Assembly (NCBI RefSeq): GCF_037042905.1 | Contig: NC_087251.1 | Location: 15,316,001 to 15,380,000 of the forward strand | Length of the DNA stretch: 64,000 nucleotides | Reading direction: 5' to 3' | DNA from: Lytechinus pictus | Lineage: Eukaryota | Shown here: one piece after another, positions 13,750 to 26,538 of the stretch | How the letters are laid out: each line of letters starts with the position of its first letter | How positions within the stretch are numbered: position 1 is the first letter of the stretch | Translations under genes and position numbers: made by a program | Notes under the pieces: model-generated | What the model was told of the DNA's origin: nothing | Seen by the model: only the letters and a program-made list of their open reading frames with translations | The model's database searches: none

Positions 13750-15693
13750 GTAAAAACTAAGAAACCAAAAGTCTCACATTATCTCTCTCTCTCTCTTGCT
13801 CTTTCTCTATCTCTCTCTTCTCTGTTTTTCACTCAATCACTCTTCCCCCAGCTCTCTCACTCAGGCAGTCAGAATCATTCAAGATAGATTTAAAAATTTC
13901 CCTTCATTAAAAGTATTTTAGGGATTTTTTTTTAAAGCCCCCCCTAATTCAAAGATTTCTCTGGAAATATATCTTGATGTGATGAGATAAAATACACCCC
14001 TTTTCCCAAATTGTGAATGTTCATTCCATAGAGACTATCACCAGAGCTGGGAAAGCTGGGCTCTCCTTTCATTCTTTGTCTTTATCTGTCTTTCTCTTTC
14101 TCTCTAGCTCTCTGTTTCTCTCTTTTTATCTCAATCAGTCTCTCATATTTCTTTCCCTGCAAAGTAAAATTTTAATATGTTATGGCTATGTTAAATGATC
14201 TTTAATTCACTTTCTGTGATATCTCTTCACTTCACGGCACTGTATTAACAAACCTCGGATTCAAATGCCCTCTTATGCAAATGCTGCAATACTTTTATAG
14301 TAGTGTAGAGCAAAATTTATTTTCATCTTTTCTAAATTCATTCTATTTTAAACCACTTCATTTATTGATCCCATATTCGTTTATTTGCATGCCAGCGAAT
14401 GATCATTTATGAGGAATGATTTGTGGAGCTTTTATATTCTCGCACACTGGTTGGTTGGTTGGGGTCTAACTTTGTTTATTCACAGTTGTTCACTATACAC
14501 TCCACAATTGTTATATTCTTGAATGGGTGATGCACACTAAACTGGCACACTACAGATCCTGGAATATGAACAGTATTGACATGTGTAATGCCATTTTGGA
14601 TACTAATATTTAATATTCTTTTTCACTTTTTCTTTCATACAAGCAAAGTTGCTAAGCAATAAAGATGTCATCATTATTTTGAATTATCAAACGGTTTTAG
14701 ATATTTGTAGATTATGTAAATTTCTTTGAAAAATAGGATTTAAGCAATGAAGGCATACATGCAGTTTGCTTGAATATGTGAGGAACTATTGTACCATCTT
14801 TTACCTTCTATTTTGTTAATCAAGACCTAGATACAATAACAAAGTGTTGCATTCAAGAGGCAATTTGCAATATTAAAGAATAAAAAATAATTATTAGCAT
14901 CATTATCATTTTAGTGTTAATTGGGCTTTTCCACAAGAGTAATTATATTTCAAGTGATAAAAATTGAAATAAATGTGTAGGTGGTATTCCTATTTTATTT
15001 GAGGATTAATTGGAAATTGATATACCGTATTTCAATTATTTTGGAAAAGAATCAGAAATGTAAACATGAAAAAATGTTTGTGATTATCTTCAGTGTACAC
15101 ATGAATGCCCATGTAGGAATAGAATAATAGCCCAGAAGAATTGTTTTGTCATGCAATCATTGTAGGACAGTACAAACCTATTCATCCTTGGGACTAAAGT
15201 TCTTTTATTGAAGCCTACATTATTGAGAATGTTCAGTATTTTATTGTTAAAGAGTCATATTTAATTTATTTTTATTGCATGCTGCTGCATGGCTCTTCCT
15301 CTCTCAACTGCATGGCAATCTGCATGTTTCTTTTAAACACTTATTTTAATACTTATGTTTTATAGATCTTTTCATTTTAGTTGTTTATATGCATATCAAT
15401 TTCTCTTCATTATATTAAGGTTTTGCTCTGTCCTTTACATGTGGAAAGATGAGATATGTATCAAAACCTAATAATATGCTGTATGTTCTGAGCAGATTCA
15501 CCCCTCTTAATCTTTCATTCTAGTAGAGGAAAAAATCATTTTAAAGCATTCGTTAATTTGCTTTTTTTAGGATTCCAAAGAATTTCTTTGGTATTTGATT
15601 ATAGGGATACAGAAGGCAAACAAATAATGCGTTGTATAAAGAGTTTCATGACATTTGCTCTGATGGAAAATCTGCATGTTAAGCCAAACTTAA

Positions 15694-16276
15694 AGGAGAA
15701 TGAAACTCTTGGAGCAAGTTAGCTTTTGTGAAAGCAGAAAAATCAAAGAATAAGATCAACAAAACTTTGAGTAAAATAGGACTAGCAATAAAAGAGTTAT
15801 GAGCATTTGAATGTCGAGATCACTAATGCTATGGAGATCCTCCCATTGGCAATGCGACCAAGATCTGTGATGTCACACACGTACAACTCTCCCATTTGGA
15901 CACTGAAAATATACCCCAAAACATCTCTTTTTGCTCATTCTAATCATATGACAAACGATTCATCAATGATATAATGTTGTGAAACCTCTGTACTTGTCAT
16001 CTCATAAAGAGAACACCTCACCTTGTGATATACTCTATAAAAGTGAGAATATAAGTGAAATAAGTACTAAAGTAATGAGGGAGTTGTACGTGTGTGATAT
16101 CATAGATCTTGGTCGCATTGCCGATGGGAGGATCTACATGGCACTAGTGATCTCAATATTCAAATGCTCATAACTTTCTTATTATTCATTCAATCTTCCT
16201 CAAACTTTCAACAATATGTTTCTTTGATTTTTCTCTTTGATATGGATTCAGCTGGTTTCAAGGGTTTCATTGTCCT
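15694..16276. mobile_element. Kolobok/T2-type palindromic MITE
   Basis: TTAA|AGGAGAATGAAAC ... GTTTCATTGTCCT|TTAA; long internal inverted repeats. Confidence 0.85.
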
Positions 16277-16875
16277 TTAAATCCTAACCTCCAAAACTAA
16301 ATAAACCACAGTCCTTATCTTGACAATATTCTGAACCAAAAACTCTATTACAGTCGTAACTCTGCCCTCTGAGATATTTATACCGAAGCAATTGTCGCCG
16401 GAGCAAATGTCATGTCACTATATAAAGATCCATATTTTGATATAAACATAAAAAATAACAACAAGTGAATAAGTATTTTTGTAAGAAATTTTAAAAAGAA
16501 AACATTACTTATACACTATAGGGAATATCCGCATCATTGACTTAAATGAAAAGGAAGACCACATTGCTTTCACATCAAAAGCAAGAATTGATAATAATGA
16601 GAAATCCTCTTCAAAAATATATATTTGGTTTCTCCTCCTTAACCAATTAAGAAAAGAAGATGGTATGATTGACCGACAGGTGGTATTATATCTATCAGCT
16701 GCTCATATTCTTTACGTATATTATTATTTTGCCACATTTGGCATTTCCATTGGCTTTCTATGCAATACCTTACTGCTAGATTCTGTCTTGTATCATTTTT
16801 GTTGACCATACTTCTTTGGATTCTTTAATTTGAAATCTAGTTTGATTTTCTGTATGATATATTTCTCTTTTGTAG

Positions 16876-16956
16876 GAGAGAAGGCAATGCACGATGCAGA
16901 GTTCACTTGCGCCCTCTTCAGGTTTCTGCAGCTGCTCTGTGAAGGTCACAATTTAG
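16876..16956 (+). CDS. RyR: RyR exon: (G)[26 protein letters not shown]
   Basis: ttgtag / GTAATT; contains Ca2+-site motif CEGHN. Confidence 0.97.
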   Translation, partial: ERRQCTMQSSLAPSSGFCSCSVKVTI

Positions 16957-17767
16957 GTAATTATTACGGGGAGTGCGTCATGAAAGTTGTCTGCTCTGAC
17001 AATTTCAGTCAAATCCTTGGTTTATATTGGCTGAGAAACTCTGGTCACAGACTGTTTCCTTGGTAACTCTCAGAGAATGACAACCTGTTGGTGCTGACAA
17101 GCTTGATGAAATGCTTCCCTGTTCTTGTGTGTGAATAATTGATTCTTAATTCAATTTACTTTACCTCATATGAAACAGATTCAGAATGACTGACTTTGTT
17201 TGGAAATATTCAACATATAGAACAATAGAAGAATATTCCAAACCTTTATTTTTCTATGATGGTGACCACTTAAGAAATTTAATGTTCTTTTCAAAGTTTC
17301 TTTACAATCAAATTGCAAAACAAACATACATGCAGTGTAGTAAAAAAAATTTGCCTGTAGTCCTGAATCTTGTATCAACACTATACAATACAGTGTTAAT
17401 CAAGATTATGACAGACATCTCCAGTGTGATGCCCTTGAGATTCATACTTCATCATTGCATTTTTTTTTTTTGTGTATTGTTGCTACTCTTGGTATTTGTG
17501 ATTTGATGTTGGGGCTTCATTTTAGGATTGCATGTCATGGACAGTGTACAATCACTAGAAAAGGAGCTATGATCAATGACCTTGCAAAGCGTTTAATATT
17601 TTGGAATTCAGATATTTTTAAAATCTTGATTGGAATGAAAGATTTCTATTGTTGGCAATTGAGATGATCATTTGGGGTCAGGTCAACTCTTAAGTGAAAC
17701 ACTTTGTTGAAAGGGGTAAAAATATTGAATGTGAGTATTAATATATTGTGTCCTTTCTCCTTTGTAG

Positions 17768-17856
17768 AATTTCAAAACTATTTGAGAACCCAAGCAGGCA
17801 ACCATACTACAGTCAATATCATCATCTGCACTGTGGATTATCTACTGAGATTACAG
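17768..17856 (+). CDS. RyR: RyR exon: (E)[29 protein letters not shown]
   Basis: ttgtag / GTCAGT; RIH-associated domain. Confidence 0.97.
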
Positions 17857-18397
17857 GTCAGTTAACCCATTGATTACTTAATTCTTTAATTTCAATAGGC
17901 TTTGTACAAGAATCACAATTTCACAGATTCTGTTCCTAAAAAAAATTGGTTTCATTTTTCTTTTACTAATTGAAATCAATTAATGACATGCTGGCATTGA
18001 TTGTAAGCTCCTTTGAATTCTTTGTAAAAGCAATAAAAAAAAAACAATGAAAATTAAAGAAATTCAAGAAAAAAGTTTTAAATGAATAAGAAATTAATGT
18101 TTTCATCTGAACAGGCTCACTTGTGAAGAACACCATAAAGAGTATCTACAATGAAAGTTAATGCACTTAGAGCTTCATTTATTGATTAAAAGCAAATAGA
18201 AGCAAATAGATTTGCTCACCAATATAGATGTACATTTTGGAAACCACTGAGCTCTTCATCTTTTGGAAATAAGAGAGGCCCATTAAAAAGCAAAGCTTGT
18301 ATTGTTTGTAAGTTCCACATTTTGTGTTTTTCTCCATTTATATCTTGTGTATGTTGAAGTGTGCATAATAGCTATCCTATCTTTCTTTCCATTACAG

Positions 18398-18454
18398 GAA
18401 TCAATCAGTGATTTCTACTGGCACTACTCTGGCAAAGATGTTGTTGATGCTCAG
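18398..18454 (+). CDS. RyR: RyR exon: ESISDFYWHYSGKDVVDAQ
   Basis: ttacag / GTAGTT. Confidence 0.96.
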
Positions 18455-18810
18455 GTAGTTATCTTTAACTAATTATCTATCTCTCCATGGAAAGTTGTCT
18501 GATTAATCGCATTTAATCTGACTTTTCTATACTTTTTTGTCCTCTTTAGATGATGCAGGCGAATCTGTCTAAGTAAAATCACCTGGAACCATAGGAATCA
18601 CAGAAATCAGTTTGACTTAAAAGAAATTTGACTTTCAAGAAGTAAATAACACACATTTTCCATAATCTGGTATGAAATATTGCTTTAAGTTTAAAGGGAT
18701 TATTAAAGATGTGATTCTTTTACATTTAGAGGGCCAACTTGAGTAGACTTGTATCGTGTTTTGTACTTTGAATTCCTTTAATTTTGATAGTTTTTAACTC
18801 TTTCAAACAG

Positions 18811-18882
18811 GGTCGAGAGAACTTCTCCAGGGCATTCAAGGTTGTGAAGCAAGTCTTCAGCTCCCTAACTGAATACATACAG
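18811..18882 (+). CDS. RyR: RyR exon: GRENFSRAFKVVKQVFSSLTEYIQ
   Basis: aaacag / GTAAGT; LTEYIQ Ca2+-site motif. Confidence 0.96.
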
Positions 18883-19185
18883 GTAAGTGAATGGTTCTAC
18901 CACTCATATAAGTATTTCTTGGGGGTTGTGGGTGTGCTGCAATCCATTATTGATTCTATGTGAAATGGATGAGGAAAAAAAGTTTCAAGCAACATTGTGT
19001 CAGGAATACAAATATACCCATTCTGTTAATTAAGATGAGGAAACAGGATGCCATTTGATCGATTTGATGATTTTGCGTAGGTTCTATTTTCTGAGAAAAC
19101 TTTGTCAACATCCAGAAAGGTTCCTAGTCATGTGTGTTTATTACTTGAATAATAAAGGATTTGTTTTATCCATACATTACTTCAG

Positions 19186-19372
19186 GGTCCATGTTCTGGG
19201 AACCAGCTAGCCCTAGCCCACAGTCGTCTCTGGGATGCTGTGGTAGGGTTCCTCCATATCTTTGCCAATCTCCAGAAGAAATTATCCCAAGACACCAGTC
19301 AGCTGGAGCTCCTCCGTGAGCTGCTCAACCTCCACAAAGAAATGGTTGTAATGCTGCTTAGTATGCTTGAAG
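19186..19372 (+). CDS. RyR: RyR exon: [26 protein letters not shown]...[10 protein letters not shown](G)
   Basis: ttcag / GTTAGT; highly conserved central domain. Confidence 0.98.
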
Positions 19373-19404
19373 GTTAGTTGGTCGTAAAAATATGAGGCGT
19401 ATAA

Positions 19405-19794
19405 TGGCCACCGCACACCTTAGGTCTGCGACCCGATTTTGGAATAAAACAAAGTAAAATTTGATGTGAGTACAAAAATGTGAAACATCTTGCTGTTTGA
19501 AGTTCTGAATCATCATACGAATACTAATGTTCAAATCTGTTACTATGCTTCTATCTTTATTAGAATAAAAGCAAATTGAATATCTTGTCGTAATGACGTC
19601 ATAGCAACTGTACGATTGGCTAAGATTTGAAACCAATTGGACCTTTACTCCAAAATAAAGGCTTGCAATCATCCAAAATTGTAATTTGAACCTTAAATAA
19701 AAATATACTTTTTATTCACATTCTCAGAAAATAAGCACATTGCGATTTGTTCCAAAGTTGGATCGTGGACCAGTCGTAAGGTATGCAGAGGCCT
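19405..19794. mobile_element. PIF/Harbinger (Tourist-like) MITE
   Basis: TAA|TGGCCACCGCACACCTTA ... TAAGGTATGCAGAGGCCT|TAA. Confidence 0.7.
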
Positions 19795-20623
19795 TAAGAC
19801 CAAAGACTAGATGGATGAAAGTGTATAATTATTATTGGTTTTGAATATGAAAAACAATCATTTTCCAAGGTTATTGTAAAAAAAAATCATTTATGTTTCT
19901 TGTTATTCTAGAGGAGACTAAAAATATCAAGAGTGTAAAAAAAAATCTTTAAAAATGGGACAGTATTTTAAATTGCACATCAATAGCAAGAATGATCTTC
20001 ATGAAAGACAATTTTCAAAATTTCCCAATTTTATTTGAATCAGTTTTGGTTTTATTATTTTGACAGATCGTTTTCAGTTGCACTTGAAAAGTATTATCTA
20101 TTGTAAATTACACATTCCTCCTTGTTTAAAAATTTTTGAGCAACAAATTACTTGGTAGATTTCACTCTTCCTGTAATCTACAGTCACATACTGTAAATGT
20201 GAATTTCACACCAGTAGTATGCAAGTGTAATTTACATGATGTCAAAGATAACAAATTAATTGGCTTTCCTCCTTTTCTGAAAAATAGAGCTCAAAAGTTG
20301 AAACATTGCTAACATGTTAACTTTGATAGATGTTAGGTTTTAAAATGTGACTAGTTGCAAGAACACGGCAAGTAATTTTAAAGAAATCTTTCCTTAATAT
20401 TGATCTTGTTATTTGGTCATAATTTTTTGAATAACTGCTCTTGATTTTTTAAATTAATGACCAGCAATGATGTGTTCTGTAGACATTATCATTAAAAAAT
20501 ATGCCATTCATGGTCATAAGAAACTTGTATCATGTATGTTTGTGATGAATTTGTTCTTCTTTTTTTTAACCAATAAATAAATGTAGATCATCATCATCAT
20601 CACCACCTTCTTTCTCTTGACAG

Positions 20624-20694
20624 GTAATGTGATGCATGGTACCACTGGTAAACAGATGGTGGATACTCTTGTAGAGTCGTCATCTAATCTAGAG
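20624..20694 (+). CDS. RyR: RyR exon: (G)NVMHGTTGKQMVDTLVESSSNLE
   Basis: gacag / GTAGGT. Confidence 0.96.
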
Positions 20695-21134
20695 GTAGGT
20701 TAACCCATTTTCTCCTGAAATATCTCAACCCTGTGGTGCTAGTATAGTGAACAGTGTAGTAAAAGTCAGTGCATTAGTAGGCATAGTAGATCACTTGTAC
20801 TGTTTTTCATGATATATGTAGCGCTACAACTCCACCCACTATTATCACGTCCTTCGTCAGTCTGTTCCATTTTCATTTGCGCAACAAGGCCATTTGTCAA
20901 AAGTCTGTACTGCATCTTTTGCAGGAATTATTTTTTTTGCCTTTGGACAAAATTGAATGTATTTGGACTCTGCAACCTTTTTTTGAAGCCTCATTCTATT
21001 GACTGGGATTTATGGCTGACTGAGCGATGTTTTGCACCACTTTGCCATTCCATGCCTGAGCATTTATTTAAAAGATATAAGATTTCTTTATTTTAAGTAA
21101 TTTCTGAATCACTATATTTTCACTTTTATATGTA

Positions 21135-21315
21135 TAATAATGATAATAATAATTGGATTTGTATAGCGCTTTTTCAAGAGGATGCAAAGTGTTGTTAGAG
21201 TTTATAGACAAGTTAGGGTTTAAATCTTAATATACAGGTGTGTTTTTAAGATGCTTAAGAAGAAGTTGAGAGAAGAAATGTTTTGGAGAGATGGTGGGAG
21301 TTTGTTCCAATGACG
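21135..21315 (-). mobile_element. Degenerate L2-like LINE/SINE 3' end
   Basis: (AAT)n followed by TTTGTATAGCGCTTT, typical of an L2-type tail read in reverse. Confidence 0.4.
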
Positions 21316-21415
21316 GGGGGGGGGGGGGGAGTTTGGAAAGAATGTCTTGATGTGTGATGTTTTGTTATGAGTCTGAGTTTAATTCATTATTTTCCAATCT
21401 CTCTGTATTCTACAG

Positions 21416-21481
21416 ATGATATTGAAGTTCTTTGACATGTTCCTGAAACTGAAAGACCTTTCTTCTTCTGAGGCATTTAGG
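21416..21481 (+). CDS. RyR: RyR exon: MILKFFDMFLKLKDLSSSEAFR
   Basis: tacag / GTGAGT. Confidence 0.97.
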
Positions 21482-22165
21482 GTGAGTTCTGGGTTCAATC
21501 TGATATTATTCCAAATATGTTTTTCTTTAAATTGTAGGGAGAGATGCAAGAACTAATGATTATGATAATAATTGTTATAAACATTGCTTATAAAGTGCAT
21601 ATAACTATGATATTATCAAACAAAGTCTTGATATGAATATTTTATATATTTTGGATTTCTAAATTTTGATTTCATTTGTTTAATTTCTATGATCAGGGGC
21701 ATTTTGCACATTGATACAATTAAATCCAATATTGGTATTAATTAGCCGTCTCTGTCAGTTCTGTATAAGAGTAGTGTGATAGGAAGAGCAAGATTTTTAA
21801 AAATATATCTGAAGAGATATCTTTACTGTAGTCCCTTCAGAATTAGATCAGTGCACCGAGTTCAGAAAATTTGTAGTCATTATTAGATGCAGCTTTATCA
21901 TGCTCTGCATCTCTTTCTTCCTATTACACAAATTTATGCATAGACAAAACAACAAGGGATCAGAAAATACAACATATAAATGACAAAGCTATGGATCTGA
22001 ATATACCACCATGTACAATGTTAATTCTAAATTTGGTCACTGTTGGATAAGGTAATATATGGTTAGCTTTAAATATAGTTGAATTGCCTGTTTTTTCATA
22101 ACCATCTCTTTTAGTTATTATAAAATACATGTTATTTACAATTGGAATGATATCTTTTGTGACAG

Positions 22166-22245
22166 GAATATGATGCAAATGGCGATGGTTGGATCTCACA
22201 CAAAGAGTTTCAAAAGGCCATGGAAGCACAGAAGATGTACACAGC
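22166..22245 (+). CDS. RyR: RyR exon, EF-hand 1: EYDANGDGWISHKEFQKAMEAQKMYT(A)
   Basis: gacag / GTAAGT. Confidence 0.97.
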
Positions 22246-22589
22246 GTAAGTTATACTACAAACGTATACATGTTACACACAGGAATCTAGCACTCGGCAA
22301 GACATTCCTTCGTTACTACAGCGTTCTGCAAATTGCCAAGAGTTTATGAATATAGATAGAAAGAAATGAAAACTAGTTATAAAATGAAATTGACAGATAC
22401 ACCTGTAGCTAAAGAATACCCTTCATTCACACAAACTTTGATTGCAGTTTCTTTTAAAATTTGGAGCTCTTTGAAGATGATGTTAGCAATGTCAATATCT
22501 GATATGGTACCGTGATTGATTAAATATATTCTAAGATGCTAAATTATTTTCGTTTGATATGTTTGTTTTATGGTTTTATTTCTCAATAG

Positions 22590-22693
22590 AGATGAGATTG
22601 ACTACTTGTTGAAGTGTGCTGATAGGAATAACGATGGAAGGATCGATTTCAACGAATTCACAGAGAGATTCCATGGACCTGCCCAAGATATCG
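22590..22693 (+). CDS. RyR: RyR exon, EF-hand 2: DEIDYLLKCADRNNDGRIDFNEFTERFHGPAQDI(G)
   Basis: caatag / GTATGG. Confidence 0.97.
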
Positions 22694-23059
22694 GTATGGA
22701 AAATATGACATTCCTAATACAGTTTCATTTACTGAATTAATACTGCACCTACTCATAGAATTTTGAAGAAAAAAAAACTCTTTATCACAATCCTAAACCA
22801 AATCTATTTTCTGTAAATAAATTAAGAAGGAACCTTTGTTTCATTTGAGTAAATGTGGGTCATCTTCTTTTACATCTTCTAGTTTTATCAAGGTGACCAT
22901 TCTATAGTAGCTACATGCACACAGTCAAGGTACTGATTATTCATGTGTATTGGGTACATTTATGAAGTTGTAATAATGAATATTTATTCTTATTCTATTT
23001 TGAATCACTAAATCTCTATTTGATTCATTTATCTTTTACTAATAACAGAATAAAATTAA

Positions 23060-23640
23060 AGGGATGGTCCGGGCTGAAAATATGTATATCTTAATACATA
23101 GAGTAGAATTCACTGAGCAAAATGCCGAAAATTCAATCAAAATCGGATAACAAATAATAAAGCTATTGAAGTTTAAAGGTTAGCAATATTTTGTGAAAAC
23201 AGTCATCATGAATATTCATTAGGTGGGCTGATGATGTCACATCTCCACTTTCCGTTTACTTATGTTATTACATAAAATCATAATTTTTTCATTATTTCAT
23301 ACTTGTGTGAATAATATGTCTCCCTTATAATGAATCAAGTTGCAGCAATAGATATCTAATGCACTAAATCAGTTGTCAATCCAATTTTCTAGTTCTTGGA
23401 GGAAAAAATTTGAATAAACCTAATTTCATATCATAAAATACAAAAGAACAAGTGGAGATGTGACATCATCAGCCCACCTAATGAATATTCATGACGACTG
23501 TTTTCACAAAATATTGCTGAACTTTAAAATTCAATAACTTTGTTATTTGTTATCCGATTTTGATGAAATTTTCAGCATTTTGCTCAGTGAATTTTACTCT
23601 CTTTATTAAGCTATACATACTTTCAGCCCGGACCATCCCT
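23060..23640. mobile_element. Kolobok/T2-type palindromic MITE
   Basis: TTAA|AGGGATGGTCCGGGCTGAAA ... TTTCAGCCCGGACCATCCCT|TTAA; arms >200 bp inverted. Confidence 0.9.
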
Positions 23641-23870
23641 TTAAGAGATACCACACCCCTCTGTCTTTGAGACTTTGAAATTTGGTCATGACATCTTCTT
23701 GACCCACACAATGGATACCTCCATTGAAATAATGTGTAAATAGTTCTTTCCTGATTTTGCATTTATATAAGTCTCAAGAAAGTGGACTATTAATGTTGAT
23801 GGCTTTGGAACTACTCCCGGTTCAGTTTGACATTGTGGTCATTAAAGATATATTTATATCTTGATTTTAG

Positions 23871-23928
23871 GTTTCAATCTGGCTGTGCTGTTGACCAACC
23901 TTGCAGATCACATGCCTGGTGATAGAAG
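23871..23928 (+). CDS. RyR: RyR exon: (G)FNLAVLLTNLADHMPGDR(R)
   Basis: ttttag / GTAACT. Confidence 0.96.
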
Positions 23929-24463
23929 GTAACTATTGTCTCAAAAACTTATTGTGATTAAAGCAATCTTAATGGAATATTTATTAAAATAGAAGTTTTA
24001 ATAGTGATGTATTTTTATACTGGGATATAATATGCTTTAAACTTCGGAACCAACAAAATTCCCAATGCTCTGTACATGCAAGAATATACATGCACCCTAT
24101 TCTGCCATTGAAAAATTCATACCTTATTTTACTTTTAGGATATTAAAGCCATATTGCACATTATAAAAAATTAGCTGAAATCAATGACTACCTTCCTTCA
24201 ATATGTAACAGATAAAAGTCAGATTAATCCATTTGTTGAAGAGGCCTTAACATGAAACAATAACAAGTGAATATTTGAAATATTGAAAGAAATATGACGA
24301 TTACAAGCAATATGACATAATTGACTGATACTGTATGTTCTTGTTGAATTTAGAAGTAACTATTAATGTCATACAAAGGACAATAGTTATGCATGAATGA
24401 TGCTTATAATTTTTATATGATGGTATAAAATAGTTCTGTCAATATAAATTTTTTTTTTATCAG

Positions 24464-24540
24464 GTTGGAACGGTTCTTACTGCAAGCAGAGAGTTTACTG
24501 ATATACTTTGAACCCTACCTGGGTCGTATTGAGATCATGG
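24464..24540 (+). CDS. RyR: RyR exon: LERFLLQAESLLIYFEPYLGRIEIM(G)
   Basis: tatcag / GTAAGT. Confidence 0.97.
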
Positions 24541-24761
24541 GTAAGTGCTCTGCTTTATCACCCTCGCCCCCCCCCCCCCCACCCTCCTCCCCTATCCCAT
24601 ATTCCATGAATGTCATTTAATGGAAAAAGGAGTATAATTTGGGAGAGGATTGTATTCAGTATTTTGAGGGAACAAGCAAGGGAGAGAGTAAGGAAAGGGA
24701 TTGGATGCTTTCAATATTCTAGTAAAAGTAGGCAATATGATTGCACATTTTGATGAATATG

Positions 24762-25229
<468 letters not shown>

Positions 25230-25346
25230 ATTTTGAATGTCCATAAATTATTGTAACTTGTACTCTTTCTCGATATTTCCAAGAGAGTGCAACCAATCTT
25301 GTATCGTTTTAATCATTTCTTTTATTGTATATTTTGGCACCTACAG

Positions 25347-25426
25347 GCAGCAGTAGAAGAATTGAACGAGTGTACTTCAAGATCACAGAATCACACAAAG
25401 CACAATGGGAGAAACCCCAAATCAAG
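25347..25426 (+). CDS. RyR: RyR exon: (G)[26 protein letters not shown]
   Basis: ctacag / GTACAT. Confidence 0.96.
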
Positions 25427-25698
25427 GTACATAATTATAATAAACTTCTTTTAAGGCAGCTTTCCTGACGAATTCGATTCCATTCAAGTACCTGTCCACC
25501 CATTTTTATGAAAAAAAATGTTAATAATCATCTTAATGTATGATTTTTTAAATATTTTTTTTAATTATATGTTCAATTCAATTTATTGGTAACACAATAT
25601 GTTTCGTATGTAGTACAAACTTCTTTTTTTCATTTTAAGTGCAGTTCTAGGGATTATTGATTTGTATGTGTTTTGTTTTGTTTTGTTTGTGATTGTAG

Positions 25699-25797
25699 GA
25701 ATCTAAACAACAGTTCCTTCATGAGGTTGTCAATGAAGGTGGAGAGAAAGAAAAACTGGAAGACTTTGTCAACTTCTGTGAGGACACTATCTTTGAG
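25699..25797 (+). CDS. RyR: RyR exon: [33 protein letters not shown]
   Basis: ttgtag / GTAAGC. Confidence 0.97.
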
Positions 25798-26251
25798 GTA
25801 AGCTGAATTCCATAGGCCCATACATGTATTAATGAATATATACATATATAATACAGTTTCATGCGTACGACAACAGTACATGGATGTGGAAGTCATTTTG
25901 TTTCCAGGGTTTCTGTCCATCTGTCATATTTTGCTTCTTGCTAAAATTGGCAATAAAGTTGAAATCATTGGTTATCTATAGGATGCAAAAAGCAACAGCC
26001 ATACCAAAATAGATGTTCTATTGATTAGCATTTTGTTTCAAACTGTCAAAAATTGTCAAAGAATGTTAACTATAGTTTTCTTTTCACCACTAAATTACGA
26101 GAACAGGCTCATATTCTATAAAGCTATGGCAAGAAAATAAAAATTCTATAGTTTCTAGGTAATGTATTTCAGACATATAATGAATATTTAGGATTCAATA
26201 TTTCTTTTCAATCTCTGATATGCCATGCAACATTGAATTATCCCCTTGCAG

Positions 26252-26538
26252 ATGCAACATGCAACCAGCATCAGTGACACGGGCGAGAGCTTTCCAGAGA
26301 TCTTCATGAGCCTGCTGACCTTTGGCGCCAGCCGGGACTCCCAGAACTGGCTGGTGTGGGCCGTCCGGGGTCTGAGGCCGTCCAACATCCGCAGGCTGAC
26401 GGGAGACTTCTTCAGCAGCTCCCAGTATAATATCAAGCAGATCCGTTCAATGTCTCTCTTCAGGCTCTTCTTTGGTATCATCAGGCTCACTATCATGGGT
26501 GTCTTCAAACTGTTCAAGTTTGCCTTTGTCATTGTGGG
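26252..26538 (+). CDS. RyR: RyR exon, start of divergent region DR1: MQHATSISDTGESF...FKFAFVIV(G)
   Basis: ttgcag / GTAAGT; continues [12 protein letters not shown]-rich open frame. Confidence 0.93.
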
